Source: Nitrososphaerota archaeon
GTDB taxonomy: Archaea > Thermoproteota > Nitrososphaeria > PSMU01
Reading direction: 5' to 3'
DNA length: 51,580 nucleotides
NCBI GenBank assembly: GCA_040290255.1
Contig: PSMU01000008.1
Location: forward strand, 1 to 51,580
Part shown: piece by piece, positions 7,882 to 15,844 of the stretch
Layout of the letters: every line of letters starts with the position of its first letter
How positions within the stretch are numbered: position 1 is the first letter of the stretch
Position numbers and translations under genes: made by a program
The notes under the pieces: generated by a model
What the model was told of the DNA's origin: nothing
The model's database searches: none
The model's input: only the letters and a program-made list of their open reading frames with translations

Positions 7882-9237
7882 ATGCCAAGGCCTTATCTAC
7901 GCAGATGGGCCGTCCTGCGGGGCTTGCCGCTGGACGCCGAGGCATACTACTCCAGGGAAGAAGTCAGGCTTGAGATAGCCGAGTTCTGCAGGGGCAGGTG
8001 GGCGGCCCTGGAGGGCGCGGGCGAGGGGCAGGGAAGGCGCTTCCTCCGTTACTGGGATGCCAGGCGGCAAAGGCCGCTCACCATAGGCGCGCCCGAGGAC
8101 ATCCTCAGGGCGCTTCGTAGGTTCTTCTGGGCCAAGCCCCGCTCCTTCTACGGCTCCGCGAACCTCTATTCATCGCTCGAGAGCGCCGACCGCCTAGAGG
8201 ACCCTTCCTCCTTCACCGCCTGCACGGCGGTCTGGGACGTCGATGGCCCCGCCGAGGATCCCCGCCCAACCCTGGAGGCGGCGCGCATCCTTGTGGAGAA
8301 GCTTAGGGAGCTGGGGGTAGTGAAGTCCGTTTACCTGCTCTGGTCGGGCGCGGGCCTGCACGTCAGGGTCCATGAGGGCGCCTTCAGCGGGGAGATCAAG
8401 GCCAGGAGAAACCCCCTGGACCTCTCCTATGCCCTGGTCGAGCACGTGCTTCGCCTCTGCAGGCCCCAGCTCGCCTCCCTGCTCGCGGCGCATCCCTCGC
8501 TCAGGGTGGAGAACCTGATGGATGTCAAGAGGGTCTTCACGGCCCCCCTCTCGCTTCATAGGCAGCTGGACCGCGCGGCCGTATGCCTTCGCCCCGAGCG
8601 CCTCGATGACTTCGAGCTCTCCTGGACGAACCCTGCCTCGCCCAGGCATGACCCCTCTTGGCGCGAGGCGCTGGCGGGCGAAGCGGATAGGGCGGCGGAT
8701 GAGGCGCTAAGGCACGTCACGGGTTACCATGCCTCGGGCCCTAGGACCGTGCTGGCCGCGGAGCCCGGCGCCGCTCCTGAAAGCCCCATGCCCAGGGTGG
8801 GCCGTTTTCAGGTGATGGCCCTGCTGCAGGCGGCGAGGTATTATATTCTCTACGGCGACCTCCAGAGGGCCCAGTCCTTTGGGCTCAATAGGGCGATCTT
8901 CTATGCTTGGGCCAAGAGGGCAGGGGCTCGCGCGGCGATGGGCCGCGCCCAGAGGCCCCTCGCCAAGGCGCCGGCCAAGCAGGAAAAGGCGGTGCGGATA
9001 GGCGATGAGGTCGCCTTCCTCTCGGACAACGGCTGGTTCGAGATAGGGCGGCAGGAGCAGAGGCCCGAGGACTATGAGAGGGAGGTCGTGCGGCGCATAG
9101 AGGCGGCCATGCCCTATGAAGAGGCATGGAGAAGGGCCCTCGAGTATCTGAAGGGCTTCGAAAGGAGCGTGCTGGAGGGCCAGCGCTCCTTTTATGAGAA
9201 GGTTTATGCGCCCGTGAGGGATAAGTTCCTCGCCTAG
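7882..9237 (+). CDS. AEP-superfamily primase/polymerase-like protein fused to an uncharacterised C-terminal domain
   Basis: AEP-like motif I AVWDVDG and motif II WSGAGLHVRV; Pro/Ala linker; C-terminal GRFQVMALLQAA...GLNRAIFYAWAK domain; the true start may be slightly downstream. Confidence 0.6.
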   Translation: MPRPYLRRWAVLRGLPLDAEAYYSREEVRLEIAEFCRGRWAALEGAGEGQGRRFLRYWDARRQRPLTIGAPEDILRALRRFFWAKPRSFYGSANLYSSLESADRLEDPSSFTACTAVWDVDGPAEDPRPTLEAARILVEKLRELGVVKSVYLLWSGAGLHVRVHEGAFSGEIKARRNPLDLSYALVEHVLRLCRPQLASLLAAHPSLRVENLMDVKRVFTAPLSLHRQLDRAAVCLRPERLDDFELSWTNPASPRHDPSWREALAGEADRAADEALRHVTGYHASGPRTVLAAEPGAAPESPMPRVGRFQVMALLQAARYYILYGDLQRAQSFGLNRAIFYAWAKRAGARAAMGRAQRPLAKAPAKQEKAVRIGDEVAFLSDNGWFEIGRQEQRPEDYEREVVRRIEAAMPYEEAWRRALEYLKGFERSVLEGQRSFYEKVYAPVRDKFLA

Positions 9238-9292
9238 CGCCCCTAAAAGGCGTAACGCTCAGTTTTTCTGTGCGCCTGACCAGTGCCCGTGC

Positions 9293-10657
9293 GTGAGCCA
9301 GGGTGAATTGGTGCAGAGGCTGCGCGAGATCCTTGGGGAGGAGGCCGTGCTCGAAGGGCGCGAGGCAAGGGAAAGGTTCTCGAGGGACTACGCCGGCTTC
9401 ACAAGGCTTCCGAGGGTGGTGGTGAGGCCTGGGCGCGTGGAGGAGGTGAGCGGCGTGGTCAGGCTGGCCAACGAGCTGCGCGTGCCCGTATGCGCCTGGG
9501 GGGCCGGCACCAGCCTCACGGGCGCGGCGGTTACCGAAGGCATACTGGTCGACATGTCCCGGTTCAACCGCGTGCTCAGGATAGATGATGTGAACTGGTA
9601 TGCGCACGTGGAGGCGGGCGTGGTGCTGGATGACCTCAATAAGGCGCTCGCGGAGCGCGGCTTCTTCTTTCCGCCCGACCCGGCCAGCAGCTTCCTCTGC
9701 ACGGTGGGAGGAGCCATAGCCGAGGGCTCTGGGGGGATGAGGTGCGTGAAGTACGGCACGATGAAGGACTGGGTGCTGGCGCTGAAGGTGGTGCTGCCGA
9801 ACGGCGAGGTCGCCATCCTGGGCGAGCCGCTGCCCAAGAACAGGGCGGGCTACGACCTCGTGCACCTCTTCGTGGGCAGCGAGGGGACGCTGGGGATCAT
9901 AGTGGAGGCATGGCTTAGGATCCTGCCTCAGCCGCGGGCGAAGGTGGTGAGGCTCTACGCGCTCTTCAACGACTGGCCCAGCGCAGGCCACGCGATCCTC
10001 GAGATAAGAAGGCGGGGGCTCCTGCCCAGGATGCTGGAGTTCATGGACAGGCCGAGCCTGGAGGCGCTGAACGCCTACGGCTTTAACCTCGAGGTCGCGG
10101 AGGCGATGCTGTTGCTGGACGTGGAGGAGTACGCGGGCGGCGAGGCCTCGCTCTTCCTCGACCTTCTGCGAAGGGAGGGAGCGTGGAAGGCGGAGGCCGT
10201 GGAGGGCGAGAGGGCCGAGCAGCTCCTGCTGGCTAGGGCCAGCGCCTACCTGGCCACCGCGAAGGCCTCGCCTTCACACATCACGGAGGACGTGGTGGTG
10301 CCGATAGACAGGATCGTGGAGTACCTGGAGAAGGCCCAGGAGCTGCAGCGCAAGTATGGCATCACGATCGTGCTGCACGGCCACGCGGGCGACGGGAACA
10401 TACATCCCACGTTGCTGTATGATGAGCGCACGAAGCAGGCCGCGGAGGCCGCACTCGAGGAGCTGCTGGAGTATGCCGTGCGCGTGGGGGGCAGCATCAC
10501 CGGCGAGCATGGAATAGGCCTTCAGAAGGTGCCCCACCTGAGGAGGCAGCTGGAGGCCCACGGGGGGCTCGAGGGGCTCAGGCTCATGAAGGCCATCAAG
10601 GCGCTCTTTGACCCCAACGGCATCATGAATCCCGGCAAGTACGTGGAGGCCGCCTGA
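9293..10657 (+). CDS. FAD-linked oxidase, GlcD / D-2-hydroxyacid (lactate) dehydrogenase family
   Basis: GAGTSLTG, FFPPDPAS, GSEGTLG, GHAGDGNIH, GEHGIG, DPNGIMNPGK. Confidence 0.9.
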   Translation: MSQGELVQRLREILGEEAVLEGREARERFSRDYAGFTRLPRVVVRPGRVEEVSGVVRLANELRVPVCAWGAGTSLTGAAVTEGILVDMSRFNRVLRIDDVNWYAHVEAGVVLDDLNKALAERGFFFPPDPASSFLCTVGGAIAEGSGGMRCVKYGTMKDWVLALKVVLPNGEVAILGEPLPKNRAGYDLVHLFVGSEGTLGIIVEAWLRILPQPRAKVVRLYALFNDWPSAGHAILEIRRRGLLPRMLEFMDRPSLEALNAYGFNLEVAEAMLLLDVEEYAGGEASLFLDLLRREGAWKAEAVEGERAEQLLLARASAYLATAKASPSHITEDVVVPIDRIVEYLEKAQELQRKYGITIVLHGHAGDGNIHPTLLYDERTKQAAEAALEELLEYAVRVGGSITGEHGIGLQKVPHLRRQLEAHGGLEGLRLMKAIKALFDPNGIMNPGKYVEAA

Positions 10658-10662
10658 TGACG

Positions 10663-11523
10663 CTACGCCCCCTGGGCCCGTGCGAGTGCCCCCTCCAGCC
10701 CCTCGAGGTCCTGAGGCTGAAGCCTCCAGCCCGCCCCCCCTGCGTTCTCCTCGACGCGCGCCGGCCTGGAGGCCCTCGGGATGGGGAAGATGCGCTCATC
10801 CTTGGAGAGCAGCCAGTTCAGGGCCACCTGGGCGGCCGTCTTCTTATACTTAGCCGCAACCGCTCGAAGCGCCTTGCCCAGGGCCCCCGTGGGCTGCGAG
10901 AGCAGGCCATGGGCCAGCGGCCTATAGGCCATGAGGGCCAGGTTCTCCTTCCTGCAAAGCGGCAGCAGCTCCTGCTCCGCGCGCCTCTCCAGCAGGCTGT
11001 ATTCGACCTGCACCGCCGTGAGCTCATGCTTCGAGAGCGCCTCCTGCGCGCTCCTCACCTGCTCGGCGCTGAAGTTGCTGACACCTATCGCCCTCACCTT
11101 TCCCTCATCCACCAACCTCTCTAGAGCCCTCATCGTTTCGCTCAGCGGCACCCTGGGGTTGGGCCAGTGCACCAGGTAGAGGTCCAGATAGCTTGTGCGC
11201 AGGCGCCTGAGGCTGGCCTCGCAGGCCTTCAGCACCGCCTCATACCTCAGGTGGCTCGGCCAGACCTTGCCGCAGATCAGCACCTCATCCCTCCTGAAGC
11301 CCTCGATGGCCTCGGCCACCAGGTCCTCCGTCCTATACAGCTCGGCCGTATCGATCAGGTTGATGCCCAGCTCCAGCGCCCTTCTTATCGCGGCCACCTT
11401 CTCACGCCTTCCCCTCCTGAAGCGCAGCAGCGCGGCGCTGAGAATGAAGAGGGGGTCGTAATAGGTGCCCACGCCTATGCGCGAGGCCTTCATGCCGGCC
11501 CTGCCGAAGGTTGCGTACTCCAT
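10663..11523 (-). CDS. Aldo/keto reductase
   Basis: IDTAELY, YLDLYLVHWP, IGVSNF, QVEYSLL. Confidence 0.93.
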   Translation of the reverse strand: MEYATFGRAGMKASRIGVGTYYDPLFILSAALLRFRRGRREKVAAIRRALELGINLIDTAELYRTEDLVAEAIEGFRRDEVLICGKVWPSHLRYEAVLKACEASLRRLRTSYLDLYLVHWPNPRVPLSETMRALERLVDEGKVRAIGVSNFSAEQVRSAQEALSKHELTAVQVEYSLLERRAEQELLPLCRKENLALMAYRPLAHGLLSQPTGALGKALRAVAAKYKKTAAQVALNWLLSKDERIFPIPRASRPARVEENAGGAGWRLQPQDLEGLEGALARAQGA

Positions 11524-11559
11524 GCGCGGGGTAACGCGGGCGGGCTTTTATGTGCAGCC

Positions 11560-11655
11560 TTAGGCCCCGCCTTCCCAGGCGCAGCGCCTTCTATGCTCCA
11601 TGTACTCGAGCAGCGATTCGAAGAGCTCCCCACAGGCGCACCTGAAGGTCCTCAT
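11560..11655 (-). CDS. Unannotated 31-aa C2HC-type zinc-finger microprotein
   Basis: MRTFRCACGELFESLLEYMEHRRRCAWEGGA*; its ATG overlaps the polB2 stop (ATGA). Confidence 0.6.
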   Translation of the reverse strand: MRTFRCACGELFESLLEYMEHRRRCAWEGGA

Positions 11656-13757
11656 GCGCGCCTCACCAGCTCCCTCAGCCTCTCCTTCGTCAGGAAGGGG
11701 CTGAGGATGGTGTGGGCCGCGCTCAGGAGCAGCTCCTCATACCTCTCCCTATCGTAAGCCCTCCCGGCCATCAGCTCATAGGGCGCGGCCCTGAGCAGGC
11801 GCACCTCCTGCCTGGAGCCCGCTAGGATGAAGCTCACCTCCTGCCCTTCCCTCACCTCCAGCCCCCTGAGCCTCAGCTGCAGGGCCGCGACCACGTGGGG
11901 GGCGAGGCTGCTGTAGGCCTCCAGCGGCTTCCTGAGGCTCCTCGCCATGAGCAGCTGCCCCATCCCCAGCTCGCCGCTGAGCACCTGCCTCCTGGCCTCC
12001 CTTACGAGCGCTAGGCAGCTGGCCACCCCCTCCCGCCTTATCTCCTCCTCATCCCTGTGGTCGAGCAGGACGCGGATCATCCGCAGCTGCAGCTCCCTTA
12101 TCAGCCTGGGCATGTCCTTCCTCCTGAGCTCGAGGCCCCTGGCCACGATTCCCCCCTCCCAGAGGAGGCCATAGTAGCGCTTCAGCGCCCCCCTTCTTTC
12201 CTCCCCCTTGAGCGGGGGAAAGACGAGGAACTTATAGTGGTGGTCCAGGGCCAGCGGCAGGCCCACCCTTCCCGAGATCTCCTCGGCCAGCCGCTTGTAA
12301 TCCCCCCGCGTGGCCCCCTCCCTTCTCACGAAGAGGCTGTCCGTGTCGCCGTAGACCACCTCGTAGCCCCCCTCCCGCGCGCAGTCCTTGGCCCTGGCCA
12401 TCACCTCCCTGGAGGCCCTGTTGATCTCCTCGAAGGCCAGCACGTTGCCAAAGCGGTTCCAGCAGCAGCCGGAGGTGCCGTAGCAGCAGCAGAGGATGAG
12501 CTTCAGGGCGAGCTGCCTCTGCTCACACCACTCCCGCTGCCTGGAGCCCTTGGGCAGATGCCCCCTCAACTCCTTCAGGCGCAGCCTCCTCTCCAGCGCG
12601 GCCCCTACAACGTGGGGAAGTATGGCCCCCTCCGCGCGCAGCAGCCCCTCCGGCCTCACGCTCTCGAAGCTGATGCCCCTGGCCACGATGAGGCTTGGGT
12701 AGAGGCTGCTGAAGTCCAGCTCGGCCACGTTATGGAGGATCTGGCCTGGCGGAGGCGAGAAGATGATTCCTCCCCTGTCCCTGGCATAAAGGTGGGTCAG
12801 AGGCCTGGCGAACTCAAAGGCCCCTTTATTGGGCGGTATCACATAGCCCCTCTTTATCAGCTCGAAGCAGATCCTGGAGTCGTTCACCCTGTTGGCCGTC
12901 CAGCGGGCCGCTAAGCTGGGAGGGAGGCAGGCAAAGCGGCACCGCTCCACGAGCCCGGCGAGGCCCCAGCCCGCTTCATCGAAGGCCCTGCCGTAGCCCT
13001 CATAGCTCAAAAGTGCCCTCCCGGCGCAAGGGGAGCCCCCCTCCCTCCCCAGCTCCAGCCTCAGGCCCTGCAGCGCCGCCCTGGACCTTAGGTAAGGAAG
13101 CGTGAGGGACCAGGCCTCGGGCGCGAGGAGGAGGTCGGGGTCCAGCTCCCTCACGAGGCCCATGAACTCGGCCAGCAGCGCCCCCTCCTCTCCCCTTAGC
13201 CTCCAGCCCTTCCCCTCGAAGAAGACCTCGATGCCCCTTAGGGCTCCCCGCTGTCCCTCGAGGAGGGGGTTAAAGTAAAGGCAGGTGAAGGGGGGCGGCT
13301 CCAGCCCCTCCCCTTCCTCCAGCCTCTCCATGCGCACCAGGCGCCCTTCAGCCTCCTCCGCCTCCACACGGCTGGTCGGCTCTATTCCGAGGCGCGTGAA
13401 GAGGTAGCGCTGCACGTGAAGCAGGTCGCCGTTGTAGAGCCGCTTTACCAAGGGGCTCGCCTCCAGCGCCCTCTTGGCCCTGTCCAGCTGCTCCGAGGAG
13501 CTAAAGGAGGCCCTGAGGAGCCTCTTGGGCGCGGCCTCGGTGAGCGAGACCCTCCTCTCCTCCCAGCTGCCCTCTACCCCCTCTTCACGCAACTCCCTGA
13601 GCAGCTTCCACCCCTCCTCCTCTCCCCTTGGCTCCACATAGAGGTCGGGATGGTAATCATCGAGGAGCCTCCTCGCCCTTCCATCCTCCCCCTTAAGCCA
13701 GAGGAGGGCCTTATCCCCCTTTACGCCCACCTCAAGGAGCCAGCCCCTAACCCTCAC
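11652..13757 (-). CDS. polB2: Family B DNA polymerase, PolB2 group
   Basis: Motif A ELDFSSLYPS, motif B KLILCCCYG, motif C YGDTDS, KRYYG, RGLELRRKD; exonuclease motifs not recognisable; gene context typical of PolB2. Confidence 0.85.
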   Translation of the reverse strand: MRVRGWLLEVGVKGDKALLWLKGEDGRARRLLDDYHPDLYVEPRGEEEGWKLLRELREEGVEGSWEERRVSLTEAAPKRLLRASFSSSEQLDRAKRALEASPLVKRLYNGDLLHVQRYLFTRLGIEPTSRVEAEEAEGRLVRMERLEEGEGLEPPPFTCLYFNPLLEGQRGALRGIEVFFEGKGWRLRGEEGALLAEFMGLVRELDPDLLLAPEAWSLTLPYLRSRAALQGLRLELGREGGSPCAGRALLSYEGYGRAFDEAGWGLAGLVERCRFACLPPSLAARWTANRVNDSRICFELIKRGYVIPPNKGAFEFARPLTHLYARDRGGIIFSPPPGQILHNVAELDFSSLYPSLIVARGISFESVRPEGLLRAEGAILPHVVGAALERRLRLKELRGHLPKGSRQREWCEQRQLALKLILCCCYGTSGCCWNRFGNVLAFEEINRASREVMARAKDCAREGGYEVVYGDTDSLFVRREGATRGDYKRLAEEISGRVGLPLALDHHYKFLVFPPLKGEERRGALKRYYGLLWEGGIVARGLELRRKDMPRLIRELQLRMIRVLLDHRDEEEIRREGVASCLALVREARRQVLSGELGMGQLLMARSLRKPLEAYSSLAPHVVAALQLRLRGLEVREGQEVSFILAGSRQEVRLLRAAPYELMAGRAYDRERYEELLLSAAHTILSPFLTKERLRELVRRA

Positions 13758-14031
13758 CGCCCAGCCTCTCCTCCAGGGCCCTGAGCCTCCTCTCCAGCCT
13801 CAGCAAGAGCGCGCGGTTATGGAGGTTGGCCGTGAGGTTCAGGACATCGAGGAGCGTGGGAAGGCCCGCGCTGGCCATCGCCGCATACTCCTTCTCCCAG
13901 GCCCCCTCCAGGAGCAGCCTGAAGGCCTCCCTGTGCTCCGCCTCCCTCAGCGCGCCCACGTAGCCATCCTCCTCCAGCCTCCTCAGCAGCTCCTCGTAGA
14001 GCTGCCTAAAGGAGGGCGTCATCCTGCCCAA
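13747..14031 (-). CDS. Small PolB2-associated protein (arCOG07300-like)
   Basis: N-terminal GRMTPSFRQ motif and C-terminal coiled coil; TTG start preceded by a GGAGG-rich tract; overlaps the polB2 start. Confidence 0.7.
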   Translation of the reverse strand: MGRMTPSFRQLYEELLRRLEEDGYVGALREAEHREAFRLLLEGAWEKEYAAMASAGLPTLLDVLNLTANLHNRALLLRLERRLRALEERLGGEG

Positions 14032-14050
14032 GGCGCTTATCCCCTCCCTC

Positions 14051-14749
14051 CTACTCACCAAGGGCACGGAGCGGGGCGCGGGGCGCGAGGGATGCTTGAG
14101 CAGCAGCGCCCTCTCCTTCGTGAGGCAGACCAGGACGCCAAAGGCGTGCTCGAAAAAAAGCCCCTCCTAGGGGCTCCAGCAGGCCCCCCTTCGCCCTTTT
14201 GCCCCCCGCCGTGGCCACAAGGCTTACGCGGGAGGCGCAGGCCTCCTTGAGCAGGCCCAGGGCCCTTGCCAGGGCCTCCTTGGCCCCCCTTTCCCTTCCC
14301 AAGAAGCAGCTCGCGTTGTGCACGAGCACCAGCCTTATCCTCGGCTCCCCCTTCAGCAGCCCCCTGGCCTCCTGCGCCGCGAGCTCCTGCCTTCCTGCAT
14401 TGTAGGCGGCCACCACGTAGATCCTCTCCAGGAGCTCCAGGGGCTCCAGCCCCCTGCGCTTCGCCAGTTCTCCCAGCAGGGGGGGCGAGAGCAGCGTCTT
14501 TGCCGTATAATAATCGGTGTTGTTGAAGTAGACCGCCCTATTCCCCTTAGGGGTCACCGCGCTCACCAGGAGGCTATGGACCAGCTCGTTCACCCTCTTC
14601 CCTTCGCCATAGAAGAGGTAGCTCATGCCCCCCTCTATCCCCCCTATCAGCGCATCCACCTCCTCGTAGCCCGTGGAGATGTTCCCCTCTCCCAGCCTCC
14701 TGTAGAGCTCCAGCGCGCTCTTAGCGAGGGTGGCGCTGTCCTCCATCAA
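14051..14749 (-). CDS. Inactivated RadA/RecA-like ATPase; C-terminus frameshifted at T7 (14153-14159)
   Basis: ISTGYEEVDALIGGIEGG with degenerate Walker A (YGEGKRVN); ERIYVVAAYN; RecA-fold C-terminus continues in the +1 frame (GGAFFEHAFGVLVCL...LLKHPS). Confidence 0.7.
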   Translation of the reverse strand: MMEDSATLAKSALELYRRLGEGNISTGYEEVDALIGGIEGGMSYLFYGEGKRVNELVHSLLVSAVTPKGNRAVYFNNTDYYTAKTLLSPPLLGELAKRRGLEPLELLERIYVVAAYNAGRQELAAQEARGLLKGEPRIRLVLVHNASCFLGRERGAKEALARALGLLKEACASRVSLVATAGGKRAKGGLLEPLGGAFFRARLWRPGLPHEGEGAAAQASLAPRAPLRALGE

Positions 14750-15723
14750 CCCTCTGGGTCGCTAACCCCCCTTTCGTTGATGACAAAGCGCGCCTCGCCT
14801 TCAGGATGATAGGGGGAGTCGATGAGCTTGGCCACCCTCTCCCTTCCCGCCTTCCTAAGGTAAATGCGGTAGGTCGCGGCATGGGCAAGGACGTGCCCCC
14901 CGGTGGGCCTGAGGGGGTCCGCCGTTATGGCATCGGGCTGGGCCTGCACCTGGTTCGTTATGATGATGGCCAGGCCGTGCACCTCAGCCAGCCTGAGGAG
15001 GGCATGAAGTATGCCGTTGAGCCTCTGCTGCCTCTCGGCCAGCGTGCTTCTGCCCGTAAACTCCGCCCTATGTAGGGAGATGACGCTGTCCACCACGACG
15101 AGCTTTATCCCATGCTCCCTCACGATGGAGCTGAGCTGCCTCACGAGCAGCTCCAGCTGCCCCGCGTTATAGGCCCTGCTCACCAGCACGCCTTCTAGCG
15201 CTTCTTCCGGCTTAAGGCCCCGATGCTGCGCTATCTGGTACAGCCTCTCGGGCCTAAAGGTATTCTCCGTATCTATGTAAAGGGCCTTAGCCCCAAGCCC
15301 CCCCTGCCTGGCATCAAGCTGGCAGGTGACGCAGAGCGTATGGCCTATCTGCGTCTTCCCGCTCCCATACTCGCCAAAGAATTCGGTGATGGCCTGCGTC
15401 TCCACTCCTCCTCCAAGCAGCCCATCCAGGTTTCCGCTTCCCGTGGTGCACCGCATCAGCGCTTCCCTCCTCCTAAGGAGCTCGCCCGCGCTGACGATGC
15501 CCTGCTGAAGAAAGCCCTCCCTCTCCAGGATGCGAACGGCCTCGGCCACGAGCGAGTAGGCAAGCGCTGGCTCCAGCCCTGCATGCTCCACCAGCTCGCC
15601 GGGCGCCTTGGTGGCCAGGTCCGCTATGGTGTAGACGCCCATCCCCTCCAGCTTTCTCGCAGTGACGGGGCCAACGCCAGCGAGCTCCTGCACGCTTCCC
15701 TCCCAGAGGGCTTCTTGGCCCAT
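14746..15723 (-). CDS. radA: DNA repair and recombination protein RadA (or a RadA paralog)
   Basis: N-terminal HhH (GVGPVTA), GEYGSGKTQ, YIDTENTFRPER, VVVDS, LAERQQ, TNQV, GGHVLAH. Confidence 0.92.
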   Translation of the reverse strand: MGQEALWEGSVQELAGVGPVTARKLEGMGVYTIADLATKAPGELVEHAGLEPALAYSLVAEAVRILEREGFLQQGIVSAGELLRRREALMRCTTGSGNLDGLLGGGVETQAITEFFGEYGSGKTQIGHTLCVTCQLDARQGGLGAKALYIDTENTFRPERLYQIAQHRGLKPEEALEGVLVSRAYNAGQLELLVRQLSSIVREHGIKLVVVDSVISLHRAEFTGRSTLAERQQRLNGILHALLRLAEVHGLAIIITNQVQAQPDAITADPLRPTGGHVLAHAATYRIYLRKAGRERVAKLIDSPYHPEGEARFVINERGVSDPEG

Positions 15724-15740
15724 GGGAAGAGGGGAGGGGC

Positions 15741-15755
15741 AGGCCTATAAGGCCT
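15741..15755 (-). promoter_or_regulatory. TATA element embedded in a palindrome upstream of the radA-polB2 operon
   Basis: AGGCCT-TAT-AGGCCT, about 18-32 nt upstream of the radA ATG. Confidence 0.45.
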
Positions 15756-15844
15756 CCTTCATGGACCTGCGTCCTTCCTAAAGGCCTTCTGCCCAGCTAT
15801 AGCCCACCGGAGGAGAGGGGGGAGGGGGGGCGCAGAAGACCTCG

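Noticed and set aside
14140-14180. Second BHB intron explaining the RadA-like frameshift
   Set aside because: Only a simple hairpin plus T-run; no 4-bp central helix flanked by 3-nt bulges
7794-15800. Integrated mobile element at tRNA-Cys carrying the AEP and PolB genes
   Set aside because: No integrase or transposase, and no duplicated tRNA 3' end (att site) seen in the window; intervening genes are ordinary metabolic genes
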